From Nemertoderma westbladi (lineage: Eukaryota > Animalia > Xenacoelomorpha): a stretch of 64,000 nt of DNA. Positions within the stretch are counted from its first letter, which is position 1; each line of letters opens with the position of its first letter. Positions 37,624 to 49,574 of the stretch are shown here, piece by piece. The notes beneath the pieces were generated by a model that was not told the DNA's origin, did not search any database, and saw only the letters and a program-made list of their open reading frames with translations. Location of the stretch: positions 62,001 to 126,000 of the forward strand of contig JAUCBJ010006470.1 in NCBI GenBank assembly GCA_032718475.1. Direction: 5' to 3'. The position numbers were made by a program, and so were the translations under genes.

Positions 37624-40460
37624 GTGATTGACAACATCAAACGGGATATATACATGGACGACAATCTAAAGTCCCTTCCATCAGTCGAAGAAGCCATTGA
37701 TGTCGCTAAAGGAATGGTAGAGTGCTTAAAAAGAGTAGAAGACCGTGGATCAAAAGATCTCGACTTAATACAGGATGATCTTCCGGAAACCAAGACACTT
37801 GGCTTGAAGTGGGACACAGAAAGAGATATCCTGTTTTTCCAGCTAAAACAGCGAGATAATCCAGTTCGGACAAAACGGATTTGTTTAAGTATCCTGAGCA
37901 CTTATTTCGATCCATTGGGATTTATTAGCCCAGTTATATTGATTGCTCGGAGTTTAGTACAACAAATGTGGCTTGAAAACCACTCATGGGACGATCCACT
38001 TAAGGGAGAATTATTAAAGAAGTGGATGAAATGGGAAGATTCTCTACCAGCCATCGAGAACTTTATAATTTCCCGTTCATATTTTGGTCATGTTCTCCCT
38101 ACGTATTCCTATCAACTCCATGTGTTTGGAGACGCCAGCGATATGGGAATAGGTATAGTAGCCTACCTAAGAGTGGAAACTCCGGATGGAATCAAAGTCG
38201 CCTTGGTTACCTCTAAGGCATTGATAAACAACAAGTTGAAAGTTCCTCGAGCGGAGTTAAAAGCGGCTCTATACGCTACAGCCATCGGCCGGAATGTAAC
38301 AGAACAGATCGACTATCCACTGGAGAAAACTGTCTATTGGACCGATGCTTTACTCGTGTTGGAGTATATAACCAATGAAGTCTGTCAGTTCAGCGTCTTC
38401 GTTACCAACAGAGTAGCTATTATACTCAGTCGCACGACGATGGATCAATGGAGACATTGCCCCGGAACGATTAATCCAGCAGACATCGCCTCCAGGGGAG
38501 CAACTCCTCAAGAACTGGTAGATACTCCAGACTGGTTAGGTGGACCCGACTTCCTCTACAAAGAAGAAGAAGAATGGCCTCCTCATCTTACTACAGCAGA
38601 TATTAGACAGGCCAAGGGAGCGGAGAAAGTCAAACCTAAAACTCGGGCGAGTAAATCGAAGTTATTTAAACCTATGGTAGATCTGTCTGTACTACATACT
38701 TCCGGAGACGACGCTTTGGATCAGAAACCCACAGCCACAAATAAGTCTGTAGTGGAAATCCGTGAGAAGGATTGGAAATCTGGAATACCAGACGTCTCGC
38801 AAGGACTCTCACCTCTCCTGCAGAGAGCGGTACATCACTACAGTTCCTGGAATCGGCTCTGTAAGGCCGTCACATATTTAAAACGATGTTTTCATCATCA
38901 CTACTCCGGGACGAAGACCAATAGTGATACCGCTCCACTAACATCGGTGCAGGTCCATGTTGTTAAAGATCTTCCCAAATATAAGATATCCGACAGGTTT
39001 CTGAAGGAGAAGATCAGTTATCCGGAGCATGAAGAAACCAACAAGCAGATGCTGAGACTCCTGCAATGCTATGAGGATTCTGATAAGTATTTCCTGTTGT
39101 TGAGAAATCCACAGATGCGCTTAAGGGATCGTTTCTCTAGCACAATGATAGATGGGTTGATACGTGTTGGAGGAAGATTAACGAATGCTCCATTATCCTT
39201 TGACACTAAGTTCCCCATACTCATTAGAAATCTTGAAATACAAGTCAAGATGATTGTAGATGTTCACAGCAAACTTTATCATGCTGGTAGAGAACGAGTT
39301 CTTAGCGAAATTCGAACTCGCTATTATTTTTATAAACCCCGTAGAGCTCTGAACCAATACCCTGTAGGAAAGCATTCAGTAGGCCTTTAACACAGCGAGA
39401 GGCAGAATTACCTAGGGAACGAGTAAGCTTCTATGAACCACCCTTTACTAATACCGGTGTAGATTTATTTGGCCCTATTGAAGTATATCGTGCTAGGACT
39501 ATAGTCAAGAGATGGTGTGTAATCTTTGTTTGTATGACTTGTAGAGCTATCCATCTCGATATGGTGAACGATTTATCTACCAACAGCTTCCTATTAAGCT
39601 TACGACGACAGATCGCTCGCTTTGGAACTAGTAACACGATGAGATCTGATAAGGGAACGAACTTCATTGGTGCCAACAATGAAATCAAAGCTTACGTCAA
39701 AGATTGGAACCAAAGACAGGTGGACGATCAGCTAAGGGTAACAGCGTCTAGCTGGACCTTCAACTCCGCCGACGCCCCTTGGTGGGGAGGAAGTTGGGAG
39801 AGATTAATAAGAAGTGTGAAGACCGCATTTCACTTTATAGTGCCGTGCCGCGCGTATCTCACCGACGAACTTTTGCGGACGTTAATGGAGGAAATCGCCG
39901 CCTATCTCAACAAGAGACCGCTTATGCCAGTCTCATCGAGTCCCGATTCCCTGGAAGCGCTAACACCCGCGCATTTCCTACTGAAGAAACCTGTAGCCAT
40001 GCTCCCACAATCGGAAATCACAGACGGAGACGAATACTGCCGGCAAACTTGGCAACTCATGCAGTTGTTATCCCGTCGTTTCACTGACCATTTCGAAAAA
40101 CATTATCTGCCCACGCTACAACTTCGAACTAAGTGGTTTGCGCAGCAAGAAAACGTCAGCGCTGGAGACATGGTTTTTATTGTGGATGTAGATCTTCCAC
40201 GTAAGCGGTGGCAGACAGGTCGTATCATCGAGACTCACATCTCGGATGACGGTTTGGTGCGATCGGTAGAACTCGTCGTCATGCGACGCAACTTCAAGAA
40301 ACCGGGAATTGTCTTCGAGACACAGCAGCTCAATCGCCCAGTTGGTCGCTTATGTTTACTGGAAAGAGACAGAGAACTCTCCGGAAACTATGGAAGACAA
40401 GATACTCTTCCCACGACCACCTCCCTAATCCAACAAACATCTAGGGACTCCCCAGCTTAG
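37624..40460 (+). pseudogene. pol: B1 pol fragment (RT C-terminus, RNase H, integrase); 20-codon deletion near 37735 and ~16-bp frameshift deletion near 39357
   Basis: YMDD, LHVFGDASD, SDKGTNF, WWGGSWERLI; lesions defined against B2. Confidence 0.93.
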
Positions 40461-42101
40461 TAGCATATGGAGTGGGTGTGTGACCATATTATTTTATTCT
40501 TATTATTTTATATTTATGTATGTATTATTATGTAATTTTATTATAATCGTTTTCTTTAATTTTATTTAGTAGAATGTTATTTTAGCGATTATTTAGTAGA
40601 TTAGTGCAATATATATTCGCGTTTATTACTTAATTACTTATATATTATATATTTAGTGCGACGGCGAGAAATAATTCTTTTCCTCCTTCCTTACTGTCCG
40701 TATTACATTACAAATACGTAACTACAGTAAGATGAAATATCCGTACTTATTAAAGTACAATAAAGCTCCTACTATATTCAAGTATTATTGGTAAAGTAGA
40801 GTATTAGGAATGCAAAATTCAGATCCTCGTGTCTCGGCTAAACCAAGCTCTGGGTAGACCTTGGAAACGACTTGCCTCTTCTCACTGACATTGCTTCGTG
40901 CGATATTGCTCTCATACCGTATATTAAATAATACATATAGTAGCGTGATGTCCCTTTAACAGTAGCGTACTACGCAAATAAATCTGTTAAACCCTTTGAC
41001 CATCTGTAATTCTAGTCGATTAAGATATCGCGGCACCCACCGATATACTTGAAAGACAAAATTCTAGAATCAGTGGTTAACGTCCCCAGACTTGTTCTGG
41101 AATAAACCGGTGCCCATCCTAAATATTAACTATTAATATTTATAAAGTCTGTCAAATTTCAGATCCTTTAACATTCTAGTCGATTAAGATATCGTAGCAC
41201 TTACCGATACTCTTAAAAAGACAAAATTCCTAGAATCAAGGATCCCAGTCCCCAGACTTGTTCTGGAATAAAATTGTGTCTATTTTAATATTAAATAATA
41301 AAATTACGGGAATAAATTTAAATTCATCTTTTAATTAATTTGATAAATTGTTATTTTATACAATTTATAATATTCCCAAAATTCCATTAATTAATAGATC
41401 ATGGGAGCGGAGATTCACCTATTAAGTGTATTAGTGTGCGAGAATCTCCAATATAGAGTCAATAGCCGATAAAATTCATAAAATCATATATAAAGATGAT
41501 ATTGACCATTAAAGACTTACTATTAAATAGCATCCCAGATCTGTATGCATGGGAATTACCCTAATTCTACCGCTAGCTTTCCATAATGTCACCATAGCAA
41601 CAACCACGCTAGAATTAGAAGCGAGTTAACAGAACAATAAAAAGCTTTCTCATTGAATAGCATACAGAATAAATAGCACACCGCTAGTATCCAAGGATAC
41701 ATAATAACAACGTGACATTCTGGAAGGCACTTGACTAACGGACAAATGACCCGAATGTGTGATAGAATGTGTACCATTTGTGACAGTTACGTGGAATTTG
41801 TGCGTTTGTAGGTGAATGTTACTACTAAGGTGTGTTTACAGTAGCGAGTCGCAATTGTGAAAGTAGCCCTAACTCTCCAGTAAGAACCTGAAGTATATCT
41901 AAGCCTTTGGGACGGACGGTGGAGTGACTCGTGCTGGTTGTTGTAGTCGTTGTGCAGCTACGACGTTGGCGATAGGCACATCGGCGAAAGTACACCAGCG
42001 CTGAGGATCTCGCACTGTCCGGGGGCAGAGAGGGGTAGGCAGCGACGCCCGCACGCCTAAATATAAACTCATTATAATATGGATAAACTTATATAGCAGA
42101 T

Positions 42102-43620
42102 ATGATTGAGTTGATAGAAGATGATCTTGGTATCAGGGAGCGATATACTCTACCTTTACAAGCGTTTGTTGATAGCTTGATACGCGGCGACGCTGGTCCA
42201 ACTACTACGGAGGACGATGGTCGTTATATCTAACTGCCAATGTCCCGGGAGCAACTTGCGCGTGGGTTGGACTGTAGAAAATATCACCATCGCTATACGC
42301 ATCGTAATGGTACGTATATGGACTTCTTAACTACTGGTCATCCTATCGACCTACACGATACGAACGATATAGACACCAAAAGGGAAATGGTTTTATTTAA
42401 ATATCATACCCAGCGGAAGCGGAACGATAAACTGAGGCTCGAACACGAAAATTCTATTCGAAACCGACTCGAAAGTGCAGATGTTGAAGAGCCGGATAAA
42501 CGCAGCGACTTCACCAAATACCTGGAATTCTTGAGAGAAACCTATCTCAATATTACCAGTCAACAGAATCTAGAAACTCGATATCCTCAAGGTATACATC
42601 ATGACCGCATGGTAGAACTCAAACGGCTCTATTCCACTATGATGTATCTTACCGCCGATCGACCGCTATCTGTTGTACCGGATAGCTTCGAACAGATGGA
42701 GGAATATTGTAAGCTGGAGAAAGATCACTCGCGTTTCCCCTACAAGACGTGCGTCTTTGGTATTATTGCGATGAATGCCCTAGACCCAACCAACAAACGG
42801 AAAGACCTAAACATCCGCGGAGACGTTGCACTAAACACGGTTTTACTCGCTATACTGGCGGGAGTTTCGAGCGAAATTTGTTTGACGTATCACCTACGCT
42901 CGTTCGACTCAGACGATCCTTAAATAAACCAATGATCAGAGTTTCGGAATACTCGATCAGACCTCCTCATTCCCTAGTGAGACCTCAGACTCTTGATCCT
43001 ATTAGTATGACGGATCCTCCCGAGCTGTACTCACTGTTCAAAGATCTAGTGTTACCTGAACAATTAGTCGGTGGCACCCCGGTTGTGGGCTTCCTAGATA
43101 TTAGCCCATCCTACCTAGCCGGATTGGGACGCGGACATTTAATATCGCCGTTTAACCCTTACCATCGTCCCGGCTTAACACGATATAACCTGTCACCAAA
43201 GTGGCGGAGAGCGTTGTACCAAATGAGTTAGACGCTATTCTACAAAGATCAGAAAAGGAACTTACGCTTGTTCAGATAAACGGAAATTGCACTAGCAAGT
43301 CCAAGCGGTAAACAAAGTAACTTTATCTCAGTTCGATCGGGAAATCCAGAATCTCTAAGAAGTTATCGAACTTGGACGACCCTATTCTCTGCGAGAGTTT
43401 TTGGATGAACGTATCCAGCTACGAGCGGAGGAAAATCAGCTTGAGGAGAAGCATATCGAAACGGCGGATACCCCGACCATAATCCTACACCTTCTGATGC
43501 AATCATATTGCCCCTTCACCCAGGATTTATAGCCCTCCTAGTAAAGTGGCTCCCCCCAAAGAGAAAAGGACTCTTGCTAGCTTTAAAAAACTGCGTAAAC
43601 GCCGTCCACGCAAGACAGAC
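42102..43620 (+). pseudogene. B1 accessory ORF2 remnant (~500 codons with stops and frameshifts), homologous to the family A ORF2 N-terminal domain
   Basis: ATG at 42102 is in frame with ORF 42240 across one TAA; RLYSTMMYL..PL, WYYCDEC, RCTKHGFTRY, NKPMI and TLDP match motifs in A ORF2. End approximate. Confidence 0.75.
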
Positions 43621-43701
43621 TAACTGTTTAGAGTATTTTTATATTTTAGAAACTGTGATTTTTTATATTTTATAGAATTAAATCCCATTTTCTGGGAGCG
43701 G

Positions 43702-44871
43702 TGTAAAAGCTTTTGTGGGATATAACTGGCCCTTTTGCTTCGCAATCCAGTTTCCCTCAATGCGCTCAAATACTCTAAAGAAAAACTCCCTAACTCAAAT
43801 GATGCAAGCTACCGGCTGATTGGCTGATTTGCTGTACGTATGGCCTCTTTGTTCTGTTCGATCAACCAACCAGAGCAAGGTCAACCAAGCAGAGTGATTC
43901 ATCCTGTGTGTTGGCTAAGGGCTGCAAAAACCCGAATAGTTCGGCATTTAGACATTCGTGGAATCTGTGGAATATGGAGCTCTGCCAATGAGAGCTTTTC
44001 CTCTTTGTGTTGAAAGCTATCTGCAACAGCTCACAGGGTCAATGTTTACATTTTGTCCTGAGCCTAGAAGACCGGCTTTTGGAATCTCTGTGTTTTTCAG
44101 TCTTAGCCCAACATTAGTAGGCTTAATTATAGAACGTATATCTGTTATATTAACAATTCATATCAATCAAACAAACCAAATCGATCATATCAATTTATAC
44201 CTTAACACTTGTACTGCTATTTACTGTCGGTTATTCATTATATCTGTTGATGGAATATTATTATATTGGAGAATATCAATCAATAATCAGACACCCCAAT
44301 CTTCTTGATATACTGAAGGTTAGAGAGACCGGTTACATATAACGATTGCGACTTACATTAAAGTGGTTTGAAGTGAATCTAATGCTATTTCATAGGCACT
44401 ACATGTATTGTCTGTTGTTCTCTTTATATGTGACTAAAATTAGTGAAGGTCGGCAGATCAGTGTGCAGCATTGTGCAGTATGATTGTGACTGATAACAAA
44501 GCATCTCCTAAAGAATGCGCCATATACGTGAATCCATAGCCATCCCGTTGTGTCTAGTTTAAGTCATAACTCTGTTTACATATTTAGAGCGCCACGTCCT
44601 AAAGGAACTGTTAATATTTCCCGAAAGTGAATAATATTTGTCAGAGATTATATATTACGATCAGTCGAATAATACAGTAGGCCTACACCGCAATAAGATT
44701 AAGCTTCCGAATCCAGTCTCCCGGGTATATCCAACGGGTGAATGGACGCGCATAGACTGGCTTCGGCTAATGTAGTGTATCAAATACTCGTCATAGGCTA
44801 AAGTCGATTTATTATCTAGAAGACATCCCAATTTGGCAGGTTAAACTGCTAAAGGTCTGAAAGCGAGTACA
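43702..44871 (+). repeat. B1 3' LTR (1170 bp)
   Basis: Preceded by GGGAGCGG; TGTAAAAGC...GCGAGTACA. Confidence 0.92.
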
Positions 44872-45540
44872 GAACTGAAGGAGCAGGTTACAGAGGCGTG
44901 TTGGGGGAACCAAAACAATAAACGAAAGTTAACACTAACACATGTTACATTATGCAGGTTACTTAATTGGGTCTTTGTTTTGTACTCACCAAACTGAAAA
45001 ACGCCAAACAGGCCTACAGTTTCTGAGTTTATACCGGTCAGATTGAAACTCATACACATCAGCACATTGTAGTTATTAATTAATATATGTGGGGCGAGCC
45101 ACGAAGTGAGCGAAGCTTTAGGGGCACCATTAACTAGTTGTCTGACGTCGTTTAATTTTTGATTGCTAAAAACTCGGTTATTTCTTTACGAAATTCAACC
45201 AAACTTGTTACGTATGTAGTCTGTCAAAAGAGTAAAGCACACCGCGGTAACCGATCTAGACGTCGCCCAGCAACACCGTTAACATTGGTGACACCTGCAG
45301 GATCGACGGAAACACCTTTTTTAAACGCCTGTAGCTAAAGAATGAAAGCAAAAATATAAATTCTGGCTCACCCACCCAGGAGGAGTTGAGTGAAACCATC
45401 TCTGTTTCAAATTTCATGCAATTTCAATAAGATTTCTGGAAAAATTAGGGGGGGGGGGTGGGGGGGGGGGGGGCATGTACCAGAATAACCATACTATATT
45501 CCAGGACATGGTGTATAGAAGTAGGTATTAATTTAAGTAT

Positions 45541-45625
45541 AGGCTACTATTACGGTTTACCACAGAAACTTTTATCTCGATTGCAATATGTTCAGAATTC
45601 TCCTACTCGATTATTGTGTAATACT
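45541..45625 (+). pseudogene. Short L2/CR1-group LINE ORF2 fragment (YYGLPQKLLSRLQYVQNSPTRLL)
   Basis: Resembles the LLYGLP..I.RLQ.VQNSAARL motif that follows RT in L2-type LINEs. Confidence 0.6.
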
Positions 45626-46981
45626 GTAATGTTAAGAAGAGTGACCTGACCGCCTACATATTACAACATTGTCAAGGCTTTTACAAGCGGCTAACCCTGC
45701 ATCGGCCAAAGAAGTTCGTTTGTAGCCCTTGTGAGTACTATCCTTGGGATACCTGCCGCATAGCAGGAGCACAGTAGTTGATTATTCCACTGCTGTTTGA
45801 TACTATTGGCTTCCATATCATCTGCTTACAGTACATTACATTACATTACAATATCTAGACATAGAACATTAGACATACTGTATGAATCAACACTATAAAT
45901 GGTTGGTAATATACAGGAAAATACAAATAGATTAGAATAACCATGATACACTTTTAACTATTCCCTATAACTTTCAATTCTATAAAGTATATTATTATAA
46001 TCACTGAATTCGACAGCCATATTAGATAATTCATATTCATCAATTTTATATTTTAAAACTATTTATTTCTTGACAGGCAACTTTATTTTGATTTATAATC
46101 TTGAGTGTAATTAAAACCATGCGATTCACATGTGATTTAACGCATGATATTCTCATTATGTAAAACATGCGTAAAATAAGCGTTAAGTGAGGTGTGATTC
46201 CCATGCGATTTTCATGCATGGAATCACATGCGTAAAATAAGTTGTGAATCGCATGCGTGGAATTGCTTCCCTATTTTACATGTGAATCACATGCGAATCA
46301 CAGTGAGTTTTATCGCTATTTATTGAGCCGCAATAAAAACGCATGACGCATTAAAATCACTTGCGTTACGCATGCCCATTTTTCACTGGGTTGTGTTGTC
46401 AGTGGGCAAGTGTACGTGTGACATATTTATATTACAAGTAGGTCATTATGTTGAATCTAGTTCATGGTAAGCGCACAGCTCACTCGTACTGAACACATTA
46501 TAGTATTAATAGATTATAGTTACAAGTTGGGGAATAATATTGCAGTATTGCGGATGCACACACTCACACTAAATGAACCGAATCTATTACAGACAGGTTA
46601 CAGTCAGCACTCACCGGGTGTAACGCAAAATGGTGTGATCCTTGGTCTAGTATATTCATGAACAATATAATGCAATAGTAATAACTATAATACAATGATA
46701 TAATATAATTGATTATTATATATACAGTGAGGATGGAAACAGCCAATAAGGCGCAAGAACACCGTAAAGTATGGCAACCAATAGGAGTTTTAGAACTATG
46801 GCAACCGATGCTGGGCAACGGATAAACAAGATCAACAGTGACATATGGCATGGATTGGACACAAAATATTATGCACACAAAAGTTGAATAGTTCTCTGAT
46901 AAAATATAAGATTTTGATATGCAGTTAGCGTGTGCATCAAAATCCATTCCTTAAACAACTGCATTGGTTGCTGATTTCACG

Positions 46982-48187
46982 CAGGATTGATTTTAAGATT
47001 GCTGTATACACGTACACGTAGGCGTACACGTAGACGTAGACGTAGACGTACACGTACACGTCACGTACACGTACACGTACACTTACAAGTGTCTCCACAA
47101 CATGGCGCCGGCGTATCTTACTAACCTCATATCTATGTATTCTCCCTCACGCGTTTTGCGATCAAGCACCGCCGGTTACTTGAATGTCCAACGATATAGA
47201 CTAGATAATTATGGAAAGCGGGCTTTTTCTGTGTCTGCCCCGTTGGTATGGAATGCACTGCCAAACGAAGTTCGATCAGCACCGTCTCTAGCATCGTTTA
47301 AGACCAAATTAAAGACCCACTATTTTAAAGATGAATACGTACACGTACACGTACACGTACACGTACACGTACACGTACACGTACACGTACACGTACACGT
47401 ACACGTACACGTACACGTACACGTACACGTACACGTACACGTACACGTACACGTACACGTACACGTACACGTACACGTACACGTACACGTACACGTACAC
47501 GTACACGTACACGTACACGTACACGTACACGTACACGTACACGTACACGTACACGTACACGTACACGTACACGTACACGTACACGTACACGTACACGTAC
47601 ACGTACACGTACACGTACACGTACACGTACACGTACACGTACACGTACACGTACACGTACACGTACACGTACACGTACACGTACACGTACACGTACACGT
47701 ACACGTACACGTACACGTACACGTACACGTACACGTACACGTACACGTACACGTACACGTACACGTACACTTACAAGTGTCTCCACAACATGGCGCCGGC
47801 GTATCTTACTAACCTCATATCAATGTATTCTCCCTCACGCGTTTTGCGATCAAGCACCGCCGGTTACTTGAATGTCCAACGATATAGACTAGATAATTAT
47901 GGAAAGCGGGCTTTTTCTGTGTCTGCCCCGTTGGTATGGAATGCACTGCCAAACGAAGTTCGATCAGCACCGTCTCTAGCATCGTTTGAGACCAAATTAA
48001 AGACCCACTATTTTAAAGATGAATACGAACTCTAACGTTTTTATAAATTTTTATTAGTATCAACTTTTTATAGTGTTGTGTAGATAGATCATAAACTGTA
48101 TTCCGTTTTAATTATTGAGTAGTGTGCGCCTAGAACAATGCGTATAGGCGTGGTAGAAATATATTATTATTATTATTTTTATTATTA
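46982..48187 (+). mobile_element. L2-clade LINE 3' end with internal duplication, 3' stem-loop and (ATT)n tail
   Basis: RIDFKIAVYTYKCLHNMAPAYL..LRS..YGKRAFSVSAPLVWNALP..FKTKLKTHYF; CGCCTA..TAGGCG hairpin at 48127-48150; ATT tail at 48162-48187. Confidence 0.82.
47339..47770. repeat. (GTACAC)n microsatellite, ~72 units
   Basis: Perfect hexamer array; shorter degenerate array at ~47005-47082. Confidence 0.97.
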
Positions 48188-48320
48188 GGAAGATATAGAC
48201 CACAAGTTAATATGAATGCAATGCACAGAAACAGATAGATATAATAACCATTTTACGAAAATAATACATGATAATAGACAATGATCTGTTACGAGTGTGA
48301 CTGAAAAAGAAGATAGCGGT

Positions 48321-49495
48321 TGTTCGCGCTTTCAGACCTTTGGCAGTTTAACCCGCCAAATTAGGATGTCTTCTAGATAATAATTCGCTTTTAGCCTATG
48401 ACAAGTATTTGATTCACTATACTAGTCGAAACCAATCTGTGCGCGATCATTCACCCGCTGGATATACCCGGGAGATTGGGTTCGACGGCTTAATCGTATT
48501 GCTATGTAGGCCTAATGTATTATTCGACTGACAGTATTATATAATCTCTGACAATATTATTCACCTTCGGGAAATATTAACAGTTCCTTTAGGACGTGGC
48601 GCTCTACCTATATAAACAGAGTTATGACTTAAACTACTCACAACGATATGGCTTAGTTACAATTCACATATATGGCGCATTCTTTAGGAAATGCTTCGTT
48701 ATCAGTCTCACTCATACACAATGCTGCACAATACTGCACACTGATCTGCCGATCTTCACTGATTTTAGTCACATATAAAAGGAACACGGACCGAATCATG
48801 TAGGGTCTATCAAATAACATTAGATTCACTTCAAACCACTTTAACATAAGTCACAATCGTTATATGTAACCTTTCTCTCTTACCTTCGGTATATCAAGAA
48901 TATTGGGTTTTCGGGGTTATTTATCGTTATTCCAAATATAATAATTCATCAACCATATTATGAAGAACTGACAGTAAATAGCAGTATAACAATATAAAAG
49001 TATGCACAGGTTGTTTGATTAGGTATGGTATGTTATGAGTTGAGGTATGATAACGGATATATGTCCTTATAATTAAGCCTACTAGTGTAAGACTAAAAAC
49101 TGAAAACACGGAGGTGCCAAAAGCCGGTTCTTAGGCTCTGGGCAAAACATAACACTGAACTACTGTACTGAGCCTCTGTATACACCTCCAACACAGAGAC
49201 AACAAACGCTCTGATTGGTCAACCGAACAACGAGAGAACAAAGAAACAAAGAACTGTCGACGTGGCAATATCAGCTGCTAGCCGTCGTCATGGTAGCGCC
49301 ACTGTTTTCAAGAGTATCCAGCTATTGCGTCACGAAATTACGGATTATGTCCTTTAAAGTACACATACAGAAGAAATGACTTTTATGTCCTCTAAAACAC
49401 CAGTACAGTAAGGACACGGCCTTTTTATGCCTGGTAAACCAACTACAGAGTACTTTACGGGAAAATAACCGGCTAATTACGCAAAAGCTTTTACA
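48321..49495 (-). repeat. B2 3' LTR (1175 bp) with a divergent U3-side segment
   Basis: Termini and 3' two-thirds match other B LTRs; ~49140-49480 does not obviously align with them. Confidence 0.92.
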
Positions 49496-49574
49496 CCGCT
49501 CCCAGAAAATGGGATTTAAGTCTATAAAATATAACAAATCACAGTTTCTAAAATATAAAGATACTCTAAACAGT

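Larger units (their letters stand above)
37624..44871 (+). mobile_element. Family B element B1, 3' half
   Basis: pol fragment, 3' region, ORF2 remnant, PPT and 3' LTR colinear with the reverse complement of B2. Confidence 0.92.

Noticed and set aside
45090-45440. Possible Helitron/Helentron-type non-autonomous fragment
   Set aside because: Only a vague resemblance; no termini could be defined from this window.
47102-48035. HV/YT/VY/RV-repeat proteins
   Set aside because: Translations of the (GTACAC)n microsatellite.
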